DNA of 64,000 nucleotides, taken from assembly GCA_040954595.2 (NCBI GenBank), contig CM082577.2, positions 7,465,846-7,529,845 of the forward strand, given 5' to 3'. The translations under genes were made by a program, and so were the position numbers. Positions 28,401 through 43,098 of this stretch are shown here, in pieces. The stretch's first letter is position 1, and each line of letters starts with the position of its first letter. Under the pieces are notes generated by a model. That model saw only the letters and a list, made by a program, of their open reading frames with translations, did not search any database and was not told the DNA's origin. The stretch is from Balanoglossus misakiensis. Its lineage: Eukaryota; Animalia; Hemichordata.

Positions 28401-30996
28401 GGTTTGTGCATGTGTGCAGACAACCAACCACGGTGCACTGTTAGTCTAAGATCGAACGGGTAATGAGACACCGAAGACCGACGGCTTCGGTTGATAGACG
28501 TGCGGGGGTCTGCAAACCGCCGCTCGTGATTACACCGAGAAAACGTGTCCGGGGAATCGTTGACCCCGAGATCGGCTCACTGCAATGCAATGCCGCTTGT
28601 ATCGCGCGGGGAAAGTGGTGCTTTCACACAACACAAACGCCGAAGAACATAATATCTTTTAAACGCAGCTGCCGTGTCAAACAATCTTTACGAGGAAAGA
28701 GTGGTGTAAGCGATCACTATCGACGCAATACCAAATTCCACCGGCTTACAGGGAATTATGGGAGCACTTCAACTAACACCACGATCTCTCTACTGGGATG
28801 AAGTAGTATCCCCTAAATTACAATGTTTTTTTTCTTGCTTCTGTGTATACGCAGTACTAACCACAAGTATCTATGACAACGTGATTTCCACGTGTTATTT
28901 AGCAATGCCCGGACCGTGCGGACAGAGCACGGTGACGCATTTCACCGAAATTAACCGAAATAACGCCGAGGCAGCTCCGACGTGACGTCAGCACACTAGG
29001 CCTGAAACGCACAGAGTCTGAACCGAAACACACTACCCTACCTACCGTGACGTGATTAATGAAGCATAGGTTTACCAAAAACACTTCATGCTTTCATACG
29101 ACATTTCACAGACCCAGAAAACCATGATGTATGGACACATTTACACTAACGGCAGCACCAACTCCCATCTCGCCGTTTTAAATAATTGATCGCGCCCTGC
29201 GTGTTATTAACATGAATCTTCCCGAGCAAGAGTTATGTTTTAACGTTTCTATACGCGTTTTCATTGGTTGCGTTTTCTTGACATCTTCAACTGACATGTT
29301 TCTTGACATCACGCCCTCTCCCCTCCCCCTCCCGTTTATTCCTCTCCTGTGGAAAGATTTCTAAATTTTAGAATTAAAGTACTGCGCCGACTAGATCTGT
29401 CTCAGCCAGTCTGTCTCTATAACTCTCCTCTCCCTACGTTATATTTTTGATCATTTATTCTCATGTATTCCTCAGACACGCCCGCGGATCAACCATTTTT
29501 TCCCCTGAAATGCAGTAAATTTATGGTATAATAATTAAGCAATTGCTCTAAATGGATACACAATTACGCCGGTTTATCGCATATCCCCATAAAGGCCGAA
29601 TCAATCATTGGTTATTGCGTGTCTACTAGCGACCCATTACCTGTACCTATTAGGCTGATCCCTCGATAATACTGATTTATAGCAATCGCGCAATTTTTCA
29701 CCATTTGTAGAATACCGCGTGTAGGAAACAAGTTTACCTATAATATAGCGTTACCGCATTTGAAAGAAACGGCGTAGTACCGATATCGGAGAAACCCGGG
29801 GGTGGCAGACCTATTGGCGTTTTAAGACAAGAATGGGACAAAATGTAATTGGACGGAGTGGATTGGGGACGGACTGTGGTGAAAGCAAGATATGAGGATG
29901 ACAATCTGGGATCAAGGTGAACTGAGGCCAGCGTAGGATTGAGGAACGATCCCATGCAGACCCAAAGAGAGAAACTGTGGACTGTAATCACGGAAATATA
30001 CCAATCGGGCACCATCTTCGATTCGTTGCCCGAATCCGAAGAATGCAAATGCACAGCTTACATGTATATCGCCCTTGACTTGAACTACGCCATATTGGGT
30101 GTCCACATACAGTGACTGATCCGTAGTCCCTCCATGACTGGTCTTATACAGGTACCTGGGTGTCTGTTTCATTTCATTGTAACTGCACTCCGTTGACAAA
30201 CAATGGGACATAATTGCGTATGTAAATAGACTCCGGACAATGGGTGGATTGAGAGTGGCTCAGGGACAGTAGTGTCCAGCTTCAGTTGCAAACAATGCCC
30301 ACTGTTTTATCTCCTTTATCCCAAAAGTTTGGCGTTCAAAAACACACGGGCATTTAGGATAGAGTTGTTTGCACGGAGTTTAGGTACCTACGCCGATATC
30401 GATCACATCGACCTCCGCAAGCAATGGCAAAAATCCAAGTACCGCAGCCTGCCTTTGTCGGGTTTTGTTCGCCGATGCTAATACTTTATGGGTCTTTTTT
30501 TTTGAAGTCAGCGAACAGGCCGCGCATCAATAGTTTTTAATTGATGGTTTACGAAACTCGGTCAGCTCAGCGTGCACATGTAATGTTAATGGTTAATTGC
30601 TTGTCGTTTATAGCGTATGCTCGCATTACGGCCTTTGTAGACAGTTTTGCGATTCTGTACATGTACCTTTTAACTACGAAGTTGAATGGCGATCTTCCAT
30701 GATGCATTTTCTCCCTTGTCTTTCTCTCTGAGATTGACGGATCGACAACCGATCCACCATTAACTAGGCAATAAGATGACACGGATACATTTTAAAACCT
30801 TCACACTGAGAGAATTAATCAATGAGCAAATAGTACATGAATATAATTTGGCCGGGAGATATATAAAAACACATTTTAAACGAGTGTTGCAGCAAACAAC
30901 CTATATATGTCGATGAAATTCGAACTAGTTACGTAACTATAGTTCTGACAAGCAATACACAACTGATACAAGTTATTCCGAGGTCTTTGAATTTTA

Positions 30997-31010
30997 GTTG
31001 TCATGGCAAC
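30997..31010. promoter_or_regulatory. RFX X-box motif
   Basis: GTTGTCATGGCAAC; identical copy at 40345-40358. Confidence 0.45.
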
Positions 31011-31181
31011 GATAACAATCAAACCAGAAATTTTCCTTCCCCCAAGACTACGCACACCGTCAACCAAGAAATTACGGACACCAAGTGCCGCAGCTATAGT
31101 TACCGGTCTGCATTAATTAGTGGGACTGGTTGTTAACGATAACAACGATTGAGATAACCGCCAGTCTAATGATGTTTCTGC

Positions 31182-31207
31182 ACTGTTGCTACGACTGTTG
31201 CTACGAC
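31182..31207. repeat. 12-bp tandem duplication
   Basis: ACTGTTGCTACG twice. Confidence 0.85.
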
Positions 31208-34200
31208 GTGACGTCACAAGCAGGGCGCTCGAGATGTTGCATCCGCCTCCGCGCACGCGTACTGCGAGGGCGGACCGCAAGTCTAAACCATAAAGCCGCT
31301 CGATTTAGACGACGGTAGCAGTCGAAAACCGGAAATTAATTCGAGATGAAAACTTTTTTTGCCAATTCAAGTTCGTGAAATGCGCGATAAATATTGAGAC
31401 GGCCGTTTGAAAGGAGACTTTTAAATGTGAATGGATAAATGTCAGATCTGATGGATGAAATCAACGTAAGCCCGCGTCTTATAAAATTCTAATTAACTCT
31501 CTTACAAAAGTTCATATCTGGCAGCTATAGTTAGTTCAAAGCGTTCAGCGAAGACTTTGATTTCGTTTCTCAGTTTGTTAACATGAAAGGGGATGTTGGT
31601 AATTCGCACTAGTAGATTTATCCACAGCCTGTTATTGGGTTTCAGATTGGTGCAGCAGCTGGACTATCTCGAACGTAGCGAACGAATGGTTGATTTGTGG
31701 GCCTTTTTGAGAATTTCAATCTGCCAAGGGACGGTCACGCGCACTATCCCACGCACTACATGTATACCAGTATAAATCCCTCTCCGTCATTTCTGGTGCG
31801 CTTTTGAGGTTCGAGACTCCATAGTAAGCTACCATGCGTGTGTGTACCTACATCTATATACCTATGAATGCATTGAAAATATAAGCATAGCAGTGTCGAC
31901 CACCCTTCTCCTCGAATTCATTCATCTCAACATGACAATTTTCCTTGCGCAGATTTCAATACACGCAGTCAGTAATTGAAAGTGTGACGCTTTAATAGAT
32001 AGTAGTGTTGTGTTCTGCTCCCAATTCACGAAAAAAGTGACGGGGCGAAACGATGCTCTGTTCTAGTTTTCTGTGAAATAAATAGCCTCAAGGACACTGT
32101 ATTCTCCTTTGATCAGAATTAGTATGACACACACAAGCACGAACATGTACTGTATGACGCATACATTTGAAAATGGCCAGTTTCCGACTCAAACGCAGCT
32201 ATATTAGTGAGCGCTGAGCCTAAAATATCGCATGTGCTTAATAATGAGATAGCAATGGCAGATGCGGTATTAATTTCAAAGGTTTAATGCAAAACACCAC
32301 AAGGAACTAAAACAAGTGTACCTTTAACGCATGTACGCTGAGTCTATCCATTTTTTCCTAGTTATTATTATACCTTTAATTCGCATATTATTTAATAGAG
32401 ATGAGGCAAATGTATGGCTTCAGCGCAGGATTGTGTACTCGAAAGCGCTTTTTGTTACCATGGTAATGTTGCAATCTTGTTTTAATAGCGGGGGTTCATG
32501 AGTGGAATGGAAAAACGGATTAGGTCCTGCTGACCTCGGCATGAACTCAGTCATGACCCCTGAACCGAGTATTCCCCGAATGTATGTCTGTCTGTCTTAC
32601 TGTCTTATTTTTTCTGTTCTTACATCTGTTTGCATGTTGTTGTTTTCTTTCTTGTTTTCTCTGCCTAAATGTATATACATCAACTACGTATATGTTTTCC
32701 CTGTTTTAATATCTCTGACTTTGTTGTCCGACCTTCCTTGAATGCTACTCTTCTGGGAATCTGGCAGACACGCAGTCGATTTACGAGTGCATCGCAATAT
32801 ACTTTGAGCCAGACTATAAATTAAACCCCGACAATGAAATAAACATTAACGATTAATTTTACTGCATCAAAATATAAAAATATTAATGTGTAACCCGGCG
32901 GGATGATTTAAACGTGTTAGCACGACTGCTTTGTGCAAGCAATGTTGTCAGTGTGTTCCTTTATGTCGTTTGAATACGGCAGCCGACACATAAACGCCTG
33001 ATATAAATCTTCTGATTTTTATGCGTTTTTGACGGATGATAAATCGGGGACCTAGAGCGGTTTTACCTCATCCCGGTGTGCTGTTGATTTTCTTTTTCGC
33101 AAGCACCGATGTTTTAAAGATAAAACTACGGTTTTATTTACGACTCGTCTCCGTCGTTTATCGGGGTTTTAGCGAAAACAGCTCTCACACACACGTGCGC
33201 AACCGCTAAATGGGTGCCACCGCGCAGGGCAAGATGGGTAAGTATACTAGCAGAGGTGTGCGAACAAGCGACCAAGCCGAACTACATTTTATCCACTAAA
33301 CGTCACGCCTGGCCCGACAAAATAAAAAAGCATTTTAGTTCGTCTCTCCCGGTCATTAATTCGCTACCAAACCTGAGCACACACGCCTTCACCGGGAAAA
33401 CTATTCTTGTATCGTGGATATTAGAAAACAATAGAGGGAAAGGCATTTTCTATGTAATTTCATTTCTGTCTGTCGTTCGGTCAGCGGGGCGAAAATCGCG
33501 CCTTTTGGAGGGTCCTTGGCTACTACTGAACGGGTCGCTAGCCAGCCACGGCCTTGCCAAAAACTATTAAGGGCATCTCCAGGGTGTTAGGGTCTAAGGA
33601 TGAAGCATGAATGTGGGTACCCGTAATTGTCACTGAAATAGCATCTTAACTCGTAAATGTCTTATTTACTCAGAATGGACGATTGTCCATTACGGAGGGT
33701 GTTGAATTGTCCACAGAGATCATAGGCGTCTTCCCACGGCGTTTGGTGTATGCAATGACAAATGCATGCACGTAATTAAACGTCTATGTATCCGACTGAA
33801 CAATATAAACCATTGCCTTTTCTTCTCGAACATCTATCGGGGGACAAAATGTGCTTGGAAATTGAATGCGCCGGCTATTTAAGCAATTAGCAATTTGAGG
33901 GAGGGTCCCGACGATGTCTCATTCCTCCAATAATTTATGCTGACATGTTCCCCGACATTACTCACCCAGTTTCCAATTTTCCTTTTATGCGTGTATCGGA
34001 CAATTTAATTATAATGCAAGCAAAGATCGATTGGAAACTCACAACCATTAATAATAAAAAAGATGATAGCCGACGGCTCTCTCAAGGATATTTCATAATA
34101 GTCCAGGGACATTATTAAACATTCTCTGTTTTTTTGTACATATGTCGTCTGAATGCCAAATAACTACGACAAAAACTCAGTGATATTGCTTCATATTTAA

Positions 34201-37200
34201 AATAAAAGCCCTTGAATTTATGTTACCACGTTCTTCTTCACCAACGTGGCTTTCGTTTAAGAATCAAAATGGCTGATCCAAGGTCAAAAATTTAGCTGTA
34301 GCCTTCGTGTCCGCGCTCGTTTTGTGCATAGTTTTAAAATATCAGAAGGAAAGCTAAGCGAATAGGAACATGTTGCGCGCAGACGTGTTTACGCTAAGGA
34401 GAAAACGTGCGCAAAAGCCGTACATGTCACAACGGAAGGCCCAACGAATGGTGATTGACGTGAACACATTCTGCCTGTAATGTAACCATTTCCAGTCCAC
34501 TATCCCTGTACATAAACTTTTTATTGCTCCGCTAACAACGTTTTTGCGACCGTTGACTCGGGGGTCTCCAGAACAGCCGACAGCTGCCGAGCAACTCTGC
34601 GCGCTCGTTTAAACCTTTCCAAATGGGAATTTGATCAGCTGTTACACTTCAAATTGTTCGATAGGAAATGTGCGATATCGGATATATAACAAAATGTGCC
34701 CATTTCAAGCGCAACTCAATGGTAAGCGTTCGGTACACTTCAAAGAATTTGACTAATGGAACAGGGAGTCGGTTGCACGGAGTCATTGCCATTGTGCTCG
34801 CCGGCCTATCCACTGGATGGAGTTGGCGAGCGTGTGGATATGGTAGCCTGAGCAACCAAGTACACAGTGCCGTGTGTGGAATTCCCATCTGACAAGAAAG
34901 ACCCACCCTGGATACGACTCGCCTAACGTATGTACCTATGAATGTACATTACACCTGTATATCATCGTCACAACCATTACTTATCTAATAAACATGGACT
35001 TGACAGTGAACTGGTCCCGGTTTCTGTGCGTTAGCCTTGAAAGTAGACCCCCCCAGGCGTACTTGACCGGCGGTGGCACAATCTTGACATTGTTCTGACT
35101 CGATCTGTCAGCATTTCCAATGTTTGACTTCTTCTGTCACGTGACATGGTAAAATAAGGACCGATAGCATTCCGAGTTGAGCGCGTGGCTGTAACCTAGC
35201 AACCAGGAACTTTAAACGCCCGATGTTACGTTCCCCAATTTCGAATTCATGTTGCTGCGCTCAGTTGTCTTTCGCAGTTATGAAACACCTGGGTCCCTGC
35301 AGACCAACATGCTCTGCATACATGTACATTGTATGGGTGTTGATTGATATTTTATGGCTACGTTTTCGTCACCTCAATCTGAGATGTGAGAGGAGATCTC
35401 CTTTTGGATCCATGAGGAACCCAGGAGGATCACCAAACCGGCCACTGTCATGACTGTACAACTCAGACTGATTTTTGCCGACGGATAATTAGCACGATCA
35501 CCCTCACTCTCCGAGGCCCGTACTTGCAACTGCTTTGAAAATATGACTTACGATACATTTTTTCCACGTGACCTATTTTAAGGCTATTTAGTATTTCAAT
35601 CGCACACATCTGCCAAGTCTGTGAGTTATATAGCCAAAGCTTTTGTGGGTCTACTTCAGAATCTGGATGCGAACGAACACGCAAGACACTCTGCAGAGGT
35701 ATCCAGGAAATGAGCAAAGAAAAGGCAAATGGTACACGTCATCACCCACAGCCGCTTTATCGCACCATCGCCGATTTCATAGTTTAGTCCTTTTGAAAAC
35801 GATATGGTGTGAAAGAATGATTAGCAATTTTCAGTAACACACGCCCGGTTAATGCGTCGCAGCTCAATGGCGACGGTACGCACATTGCAAGCTTCTCGCG
35901 GCGTTTAGCGCTTCGGGGACTGGTCTCAAAGGACGCCGTTTTGAATTCCTTCTCCCGACGTGATACTCGCGTAGAGATAAAAAGAATCAAAACTGGAAAT
36001 CGTGAATGTCCACACTTAATCAATGTGATTATGAGTAAGCACGCGGCTCGGGGTCGCAAAGGAATCGCTCGGTGACTGCATGCAGTCTATCAGAGCCACG
36101 CGGGTGGATTGAAGACGAGACGCAAAGTAGCTGCAAGTCTCTGCGGGATACGCTACTTGCGCTTGTGCAGCTAAACAAGCTGCGAGTGGGATTTGCTGCG
36201 TGTGTAGTGGTTTATAACGATGTTGGGATTTTGTTGACGCGGCCGCCACACAAGATTACGAGTATCTCAATGACCGAGTTACAACAAGACCCGCGTTCTG
36301 CATGCTACGCGTTACATGGAAAAGGGCAACAGTCTGCACGCGTGTGGTATGTCTGGGATGGTAATATACAAAATACCTTGTCAGAGAGAGAGGGGCCTGT
36401 TCGACTTGAGTCTAATTAAAAATAGCTTTGCGTCAATCTCTCCATCATGTTGCATACTAGTACAGTCGAGAAGATCCAGCGCGTATGTATTTCAACTCGT
36501 GCTGTGGACAAGCCGGCCGGAGCGAAGAACTCTGTCGTCAAGTCAACGGCACCGAGGGCGTCTGAGCCGGCAGTCTATAAATGGGTCGCAGGAATTTCAA
36601 ACCACTTGTCGTAATGATAAATGCGCTTTGAAGTCCCCTTTGTTCGTCTTCGAGGGGTTGCTTGTTTAAACCGTCCGTATTAAGATGGAAAGTTTACTGC
36701 GCGTGTAACGTGATGACTCATTGAGTCCAAAGAAGACTGAATCTGGCCATTACTGTGTAAGGGACTGATATTTCCAATGCTGACAAAATGGTGTAAAAAG
36801 TGTAACCGATTGTTGAAAGCAAAGCATTGCATCTTGTCTCGCGCAATGGTTCAATCTACATTTCTGTTCAGTGAATGTCTCGCGCCCACTCCTCATTCTA
36901 AACAAACAAAAAACTTCAAAGCCAGATCGACAGAGAGAGTGAACAACCCACGGTGATGGTGCGCTGCCTGCATGAAGAGTCAGACATCAGAGAATTGATT
37001 TGGGGGGCGAATCAAACACCTATAATCTCCTACGTCTGATCCTCCTTTCTTCTTACATATAATTCAGCATCTTTGCCGACCCTCGGCGACCCCGATTTGT
37101 CTTAGTGGAACCAAAGTCCGTATTTAATGGAGGCAGATCGGTACTTTCGGCCTAAAATGAACATCTAGCTGTATTGATCGTCGGTGGTATATCGATTTTT

Positions 37201-37395
37201 TCCTCGGCGCATGTTGGAACATCGCCGTAAAGCATATCTGTGCAGTGTTATTAGCTTGTCAGGTTAGAATAGCACCTATACACTAATACCGGGCTACAAT
37301 GTGACCACGACGTCCACCTTAAGACGCCGTCTTCAGAACCAGACCAGAGTAAGAATCAGCCACGTATTTCTTTTAGATGAAAATTAATCATATAG

Positions 37396-37414
37396 ATATA
37401 TATATATATATATA
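37396..37414. repeat. (AT)n microsatellite
   Basis: Read directly from the sequence. Confidence 0.9.
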
Positions 37415-40344
37415 CTATACTAGAATGACATATAACTGTTTTAAAGTTTCACCGATCTAATAAATATCTTGGACGAACACATGCCAGGCATCCACGGGGA
37501 TGTTGGTCTTATGCCGTCAGCTATGTTGATGGACACAACGCTGCAGCAATGCCCAGCGCGCATGACTGAACCCAAAGAAGCCGATGGAATTACATCCATA
37601 TCCTCTAACTTAAACACACACGTACACAGAGCACAATAGCCTAATGAAACATATTTAATCGATCATTTCGCTACATGGAAACAAATTTACGCTGAAAGGA
37701 TAATACTTTTGGGTTGGGGGCAAGTGTCGATCGTGCCTCCGAAATCTGATTAAGGATTGATGTTCGGATCTTCTAATCAAATTTACGTATGCCGGGTTTT
37801 GACTTACAGAAACAAGAAAGCGAACACCGGTAATGACGAGACCTGCATTTTTACTGGATACAATAGCTTTGAGTGCACAGCGCAAAGAAAAAGCGTAAAT
37901 TGCAACTAAAGCTTACGAAAGGCCAATATTCTAGAATGATCACACGCATTCCAACGTAATGACACTGTTGGTGTTGAACAGATCCCAGAATACACAGCCA
38001 CACGCGTGTTTGTTTTTGACGGCAAATTTGACAGCAATTGGCAAAGCCGGTGGGTATGCGTACCCTGTTCTGGTATTTTTCTTTACACAACTAAGGGATA
38101 ACCAGTATTAATCATCGGGGAGGGCTGATGGACTATAGTTGCGAGACAATGCTCAACCAATTTCGGCCAACACTAAGGTTTATATTGAAAGTTCTCTGTC
38201 GTCGAATGAATGTCAAAAAAAACCCGGCAACTAATGTGCGGTATAAACTAGAAACAAAAACGCGCTATACAGTAGTAGCATTGTTTCGATCACCGGTCTT
38301 ATATACATGTAAGTTTAATTCGGTATCCGAATATCTCGAATCGTGATATCATCAATATTTACGCCTTCATTTCCCGATTCCTTTGATTTTCTCGCCTAAC
38401 TCAATATCGAACAACGGTTCGTATTTCCGAATGGTCTAAATAATCTCAAAAGTCGGTAATTTTTAATCGATCGATCGATGCGCGGGTTTTCTTTACTTTC
38501 GAGTGGGGCCATTCTTAACTCTGTAATTTCTAGATTCGTGTTGTAACATTAATGTACAATTACAAACACAGGAAGGCATAACAAAAAGAGTGAAGTAAAT
38601 AAGCCAGGGAAATGGAGAATGGAAAATGGTTGCCCCGGCAACGAGTCCACTCCCGTATACAAGGGCGATAGAAGACTTCATCTAGTTACCCTGCACAAAA
38701 TCACAATTATTGTATTATTAGCAAAAACACGGAAGTACTGAAGGAAACCAAGTATAATTAACGAAATACAAGAAGGACTTTGAAGTCGGTAAGTTACAAG
38801 AAAAAATCCCCAGCTCTCATCATAGACGAGTGGTTTATAGTGGGCACTGGTTTATCGTCGAATGACGGGCGATGGATAGCGTGCAATGATCTTTTTGTGA
38901 CATGGCCTATAGACAGTGTGTGCGTATTGTCGAGGATTCGTCTATATACGGCTCTCTGTCGAATACCAGACACTCCCCCTTCGCCCAGCAGGTGTCCGGT
39001 AAACAGACATTGTCCGCATGTGCGTGAATGGGAGTATAATTGGTCGCGAACAGATACGTGCGACCTCTCTCACGCTCGGAGAAGCAAGAAGTTCTGTAAA
39101 GGCGGGCGGGCGAGGGACGGTCATGTTCACCTGTTACTCAGTGCTGCTCCATGAACTGCCGGGACATACAAGGTGTACCGATAGCCATAGAAACAACAAC
39201 TTTCACATCACGCACACTTACAGTAAACTTAAGCGCGATATATACAATGTATGTACAATACACCATATGACTCGAAAGCGAGTTTCTCACCAGAAGTGTC
39301 CTGCCGGTATTTTTGTCCACAAGGAAACAGCTCAAGCGTATTGTGAGTTGTCGAGCAACGAATGAATAACACTAACACTGTCAAGGAAAAATCCAGTAAC
39401 CTCGATTAGTTCTATCGATTCCGCTGTATCATGGGATCCCCACACGATGACAAGGATAAAACGTGTCGCATTAAAGCGTTATGCCCCAGTGGTTTGTAAA
39501 ATATGGAAGTGCGATTGTAATACGGCGAGATGAAAAAGCGCACTTGATTGCAGACGCCCATTGCATCGAACTCACTAATCCGTCCCTGTCGGTAGATATT
39601 ACTCGAATTAACTTGCCGCTTTACACAGTATACCTATATCAATTTGCTTCATTTATCGCAATCGGATTTTCGTTTGAATGACTTTTCACTTAAATGACGT
39701 GTTTTGTTGACGCTCTAACAAGCCGATTGTTACTGAGTTTGCGGGGGAACAGTGTCGGCGATTCACTGCGCGGTGGCCTCGGAATCGCGGCAGCTGACCA
39801 GCGACCAAGAACGACCCAATTTGACAAGTATTCTGTACATGTATACGTGCAAGCGTCTGTCCCAAGCCGGAAGGGTCATCCTTGCCGGTACGGATGAAAA
39901 CTCCTCGAGTCACACAGCCAAATAATATGAATGGCTGATGACGTACAAAAACAGACATCCCTTTCATTCCTTTTCATGGATGTACTAAACGTCCATGTCC
40001 GCTTAAGCGACTTTTGTGGTCTGTCTCAGTTGTTCAACCCTATTTAAAAAACACATTTTCATCGATTCCAGATCTGCGCCAGTTCAATTACGCCGACACT
40101 TGTAAAGATAGAGTATTTCGTACTTGGACATAGATCCTTAGTTTTACTTCCATCTGCCCCTTTCTGGGTTACTGTACACTGGACCTGACAAACAACGGCG
40201 ATTTTGCCACAAAAACAGCCACAAGTTCCGTCCCAGCACTTTGCGGTGGTAAATTTAATGCGATGTCAAGCACACAATCTCGTCCAAGCCGGGGCAAGCA
40301 ATAAACCGTGCGTTCAGAATCACATACGGTCTACCCGGGGGGAA

Positions 40345-40358
40345 GTTGTCATGGCAAC
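40345..40358. promoter_or_regulatory. RFX X-box motif
   Basis: GTTGTCATGGCAAC. Confidence 0.45.
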
Positions 40359-40626
40359 AGAGCAGCGTACTAACGAGATGCGCATGATCCGGTCAGAAAT
40401 TCATCGCGTTATTTATGTGTAACAGAAGTCTCTAATAATTGGTTCCACCCTGATGAAGTTATAGTAGCTGGGTAGAATCGCCAATTGAATTATTTACCGA
40501 AAGTAATACGATTTTCCTTGTCTGTCACAACTAGTCAGGCGAGATCCACAGCGACGTCATTTTTTGCAAATGTCGCACTACATGTTCACATACATGGAAC
40601 TTTAGGCTTTTTGCTCTCACTTTTCT

Positions 40627-40744
40627 AGTCTGTCTGCCTGTCTGTTTATCAATCAGTCAATCAGTCATTCTGCCTGGCTGTATTCTTGGACTCTCTGTTT
40701 ATCTGTCTGTCTGTCATTCCCTGACCGTCTGCATGCCTGTCTGT
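40627..40744. repeat. Degenerate (TCTG)n/(TCAA)n low-complexity tract
   Basis: Repeated GTCT/CTGT and CAAT/CAGT tetramers. Confidence 0.7.
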
Positions 40745-42949
40745 TACACCCATACCGAACACAGCAGAAGAAACGGCTGTGACGTGGTGTCCAATTATCT
40801 TGTCTAGCCTCCAGCATATACCTTTCTATCAATCAATGTTCCCATTGCCGGCTATAGTTGGACAAATAACAATACCAAATGATTGACAGGGACAGTCTTT
40901 CCAAGCCTACCGCAGAAATTTGAAATTTGGCTGCGAACAATCGTATTTTGTTACAACGCATTCGACATTCCTCCAGCTATTTTCACCTGAATTCGACACA
41001 AGACAAATTGTTTGTATTTCTGCCATTCAACGTATTGACTATTATTTTAGATTGACGGTTACATCATTGTGCTGGTCGCAAAATCTCGAGCCATGCCCAG
41101 GGCGACGCGTCGGTTAATCACCAGTTAATGACTGTGCTGTATTCTCCGATGGTATGAAAGTTTCGCGGCGTTTATCGGGTAAATAATACCTGTGCAATGA
41201 AGCGAACCACGGCTGTTGTATTTTGCAGTCACTGCCATTTACTGGTGACAGATTGTGAAGAATCGGCGTGTACTTGGTTGAAACCGTTGCCAGTCACTGA
41301 GAAATGCAATGTATGGGAGGCCGAGAAAGTCGTTTGCTGTCCTTTCGTTTTGTCTACTGTCTAAATGACACATTACACGGCCAGCCCTTTGTTGCCAAGA
41401 CTAATCTTGGGCGATTGTTCTCGTTATTTATATGGAAATGCGTGTACTGCATGCTCGGTTTTTTAAAAAAATTCCTTGCTCCCGTTAATGTGTCAAAACA
41501 ACAAACCTGTTTGCGATTTTCTCAATTACGTCTGTGAAAATATCAGTGGCCTTTGGCGCGTTCCGGCGCGCGGAGATTCGCCACAGCGCCGACCAGAAAC
41601 ACCACGTCTATCGTGTTTGTCACCGCTAAAGTATGGAGATAGTTTATACACGCATTCTGATACACAACACCGAAGCTTCGTGATCTCCTTGACGAGGAGA
41701 ACAGACAGGCTCGACCGATACTTCCATTACACCGTCGGTGCGGTTGAACTCTGTATTATATCACGAATATGTAACACTGAGGGTAATCCAATAGTAGTCG
41801 CATCACTTTAGGGGCATACCAGATAGTTCGCGAGACCAGGGCGGTTAAAATCAAGATTGTATTTACAAACCACCTGAAAGTACATGTACTGCGCTTTGGA
41901 AAGAAATGATCGGGTTTCCCCACCAAATTCAAACCCATGGCGTGTCCTCTGGTGTTAATGTTTAAATAGGAGCTAAAAACAGTTGTCATTGTTGTGGAAA
42001 GGTGTCGCATTCCGAGCACAGACTCATGGCGAGAAGAGCTTCAATTACCGTTTGCTAAACAGATATTCGCTTGGTTTGTTTTGATCCGAAAAATAACTGA
42101 CTTGGGGACGGCGAAAGCTTGTTTGCAGTAGGAGGGCCCGGTACGTACCGCACACGCTACACACCTTACAGCTCGAGTGGTTATGTGGGCTGCGATCCAC
42201 GGATCGTTGCTAAAGACCAGCCATAAACATTAAAAAACACGGCACTTGAACTATTTGAGATATCCAATAAATCCACATTGATCTATGTGGCCTGTCTTCT
42301 TACTGGGGCGGTCGATTCCTGAAAGATACTCAGACGTGTATGGCCGTGGGGCGTGTTGCCATCGAGAGCGGCACTTCGCTGACCTACGAGTGAAAGTTTA
42401 GTTAGCTTTTGATAGAGTGTTTAACGCTTGTTACAGACACCGACTGTTTACCTGTGACCTCTTGTGTAAACTCATTAGTGTTCGAATAGCCGCGATTGTC
42501 TTTTTAAATCCCAGAGGCAGACAAAAAACAACACTCTCTGGTTAAACGGTGTCTGAAATAAAACTTGGCTTGTACTGTCGTTGTTTAATATAGTTATGTC
42601 TTGAGAAATGACAAAAATATACGTAGGAGTGCTGGACGCCCCTGGTTAGCGCACAGGGCGAGAAAAACGCGCCGTCGAAAAGTCGAACCGAGATCAATGG
42701 TGCGTCTGTGACGACGACGCGGCCAACGCACCGAGCAACAGATCGCACAGTCAACCTTTCTCGATAACGCGTCACTGCGTGACACGTTCTCTACCTGCAC
42801 CTTGGGTAGGCTATCGTGTTTCCTCGCGAGCTGGTTGCGTTATGAAGACGACTATAACACCTGCGCCAGACTAGGGCCGAGTCTCCGGTTGGTTGAGAGA
42901 ACGGGGCACTTCAAATTGACAGTTTAGACAATCGCGTGGTACGCGCGAT

Positions 42950-42970
42950 GGGGGGGGGGGGGGGGGGGGG
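42950..42970 (+). repeat. G21 homopolymer
   Basis: Read directly. Shorter G/C runs occur near 188, 985, 10590, 14374, 24720, 25920 and 26627. Confidence 0.95.
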
Positions 42971-43098
42971 TTGAAGAGAGGAAAATTGGCCGAGATCAAA
43001 AGGTGTTGAAGCCTGTCCACACAACTGCACGGACACACACATATACACACTCACGCACGCATACCTGTAAAATGGAGACACGGGATCTGGTTACTTAC

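Larger units (their letters stand above)
1..43098 (-). other. Probable very long intron of the guanylyl cyclase (at least 43 kb, runs off the window)
   Basis: Starts with GTAAGT at 43098. The expected continuation (xC...S.K..YPTF.RT) was not found in the ORF track or by eye downstream on the minus strand; a short exon could have been missed. Confidence 0.55.

Noticed and set aside
29800-30120. Purine-rich stretch suggesting a decayed coding or retroelement relic
   Set aside because: Translations show stops and no reverse-transcriptase, integrase or transposase motifs.
12140-33250. Plus-strand donor-like words (near 12144, 25669, 27487, 33238) suggesting an antisense gene
   Set aside because: No linked acceptors or coherent reading frames; frequency is compatible with chance.
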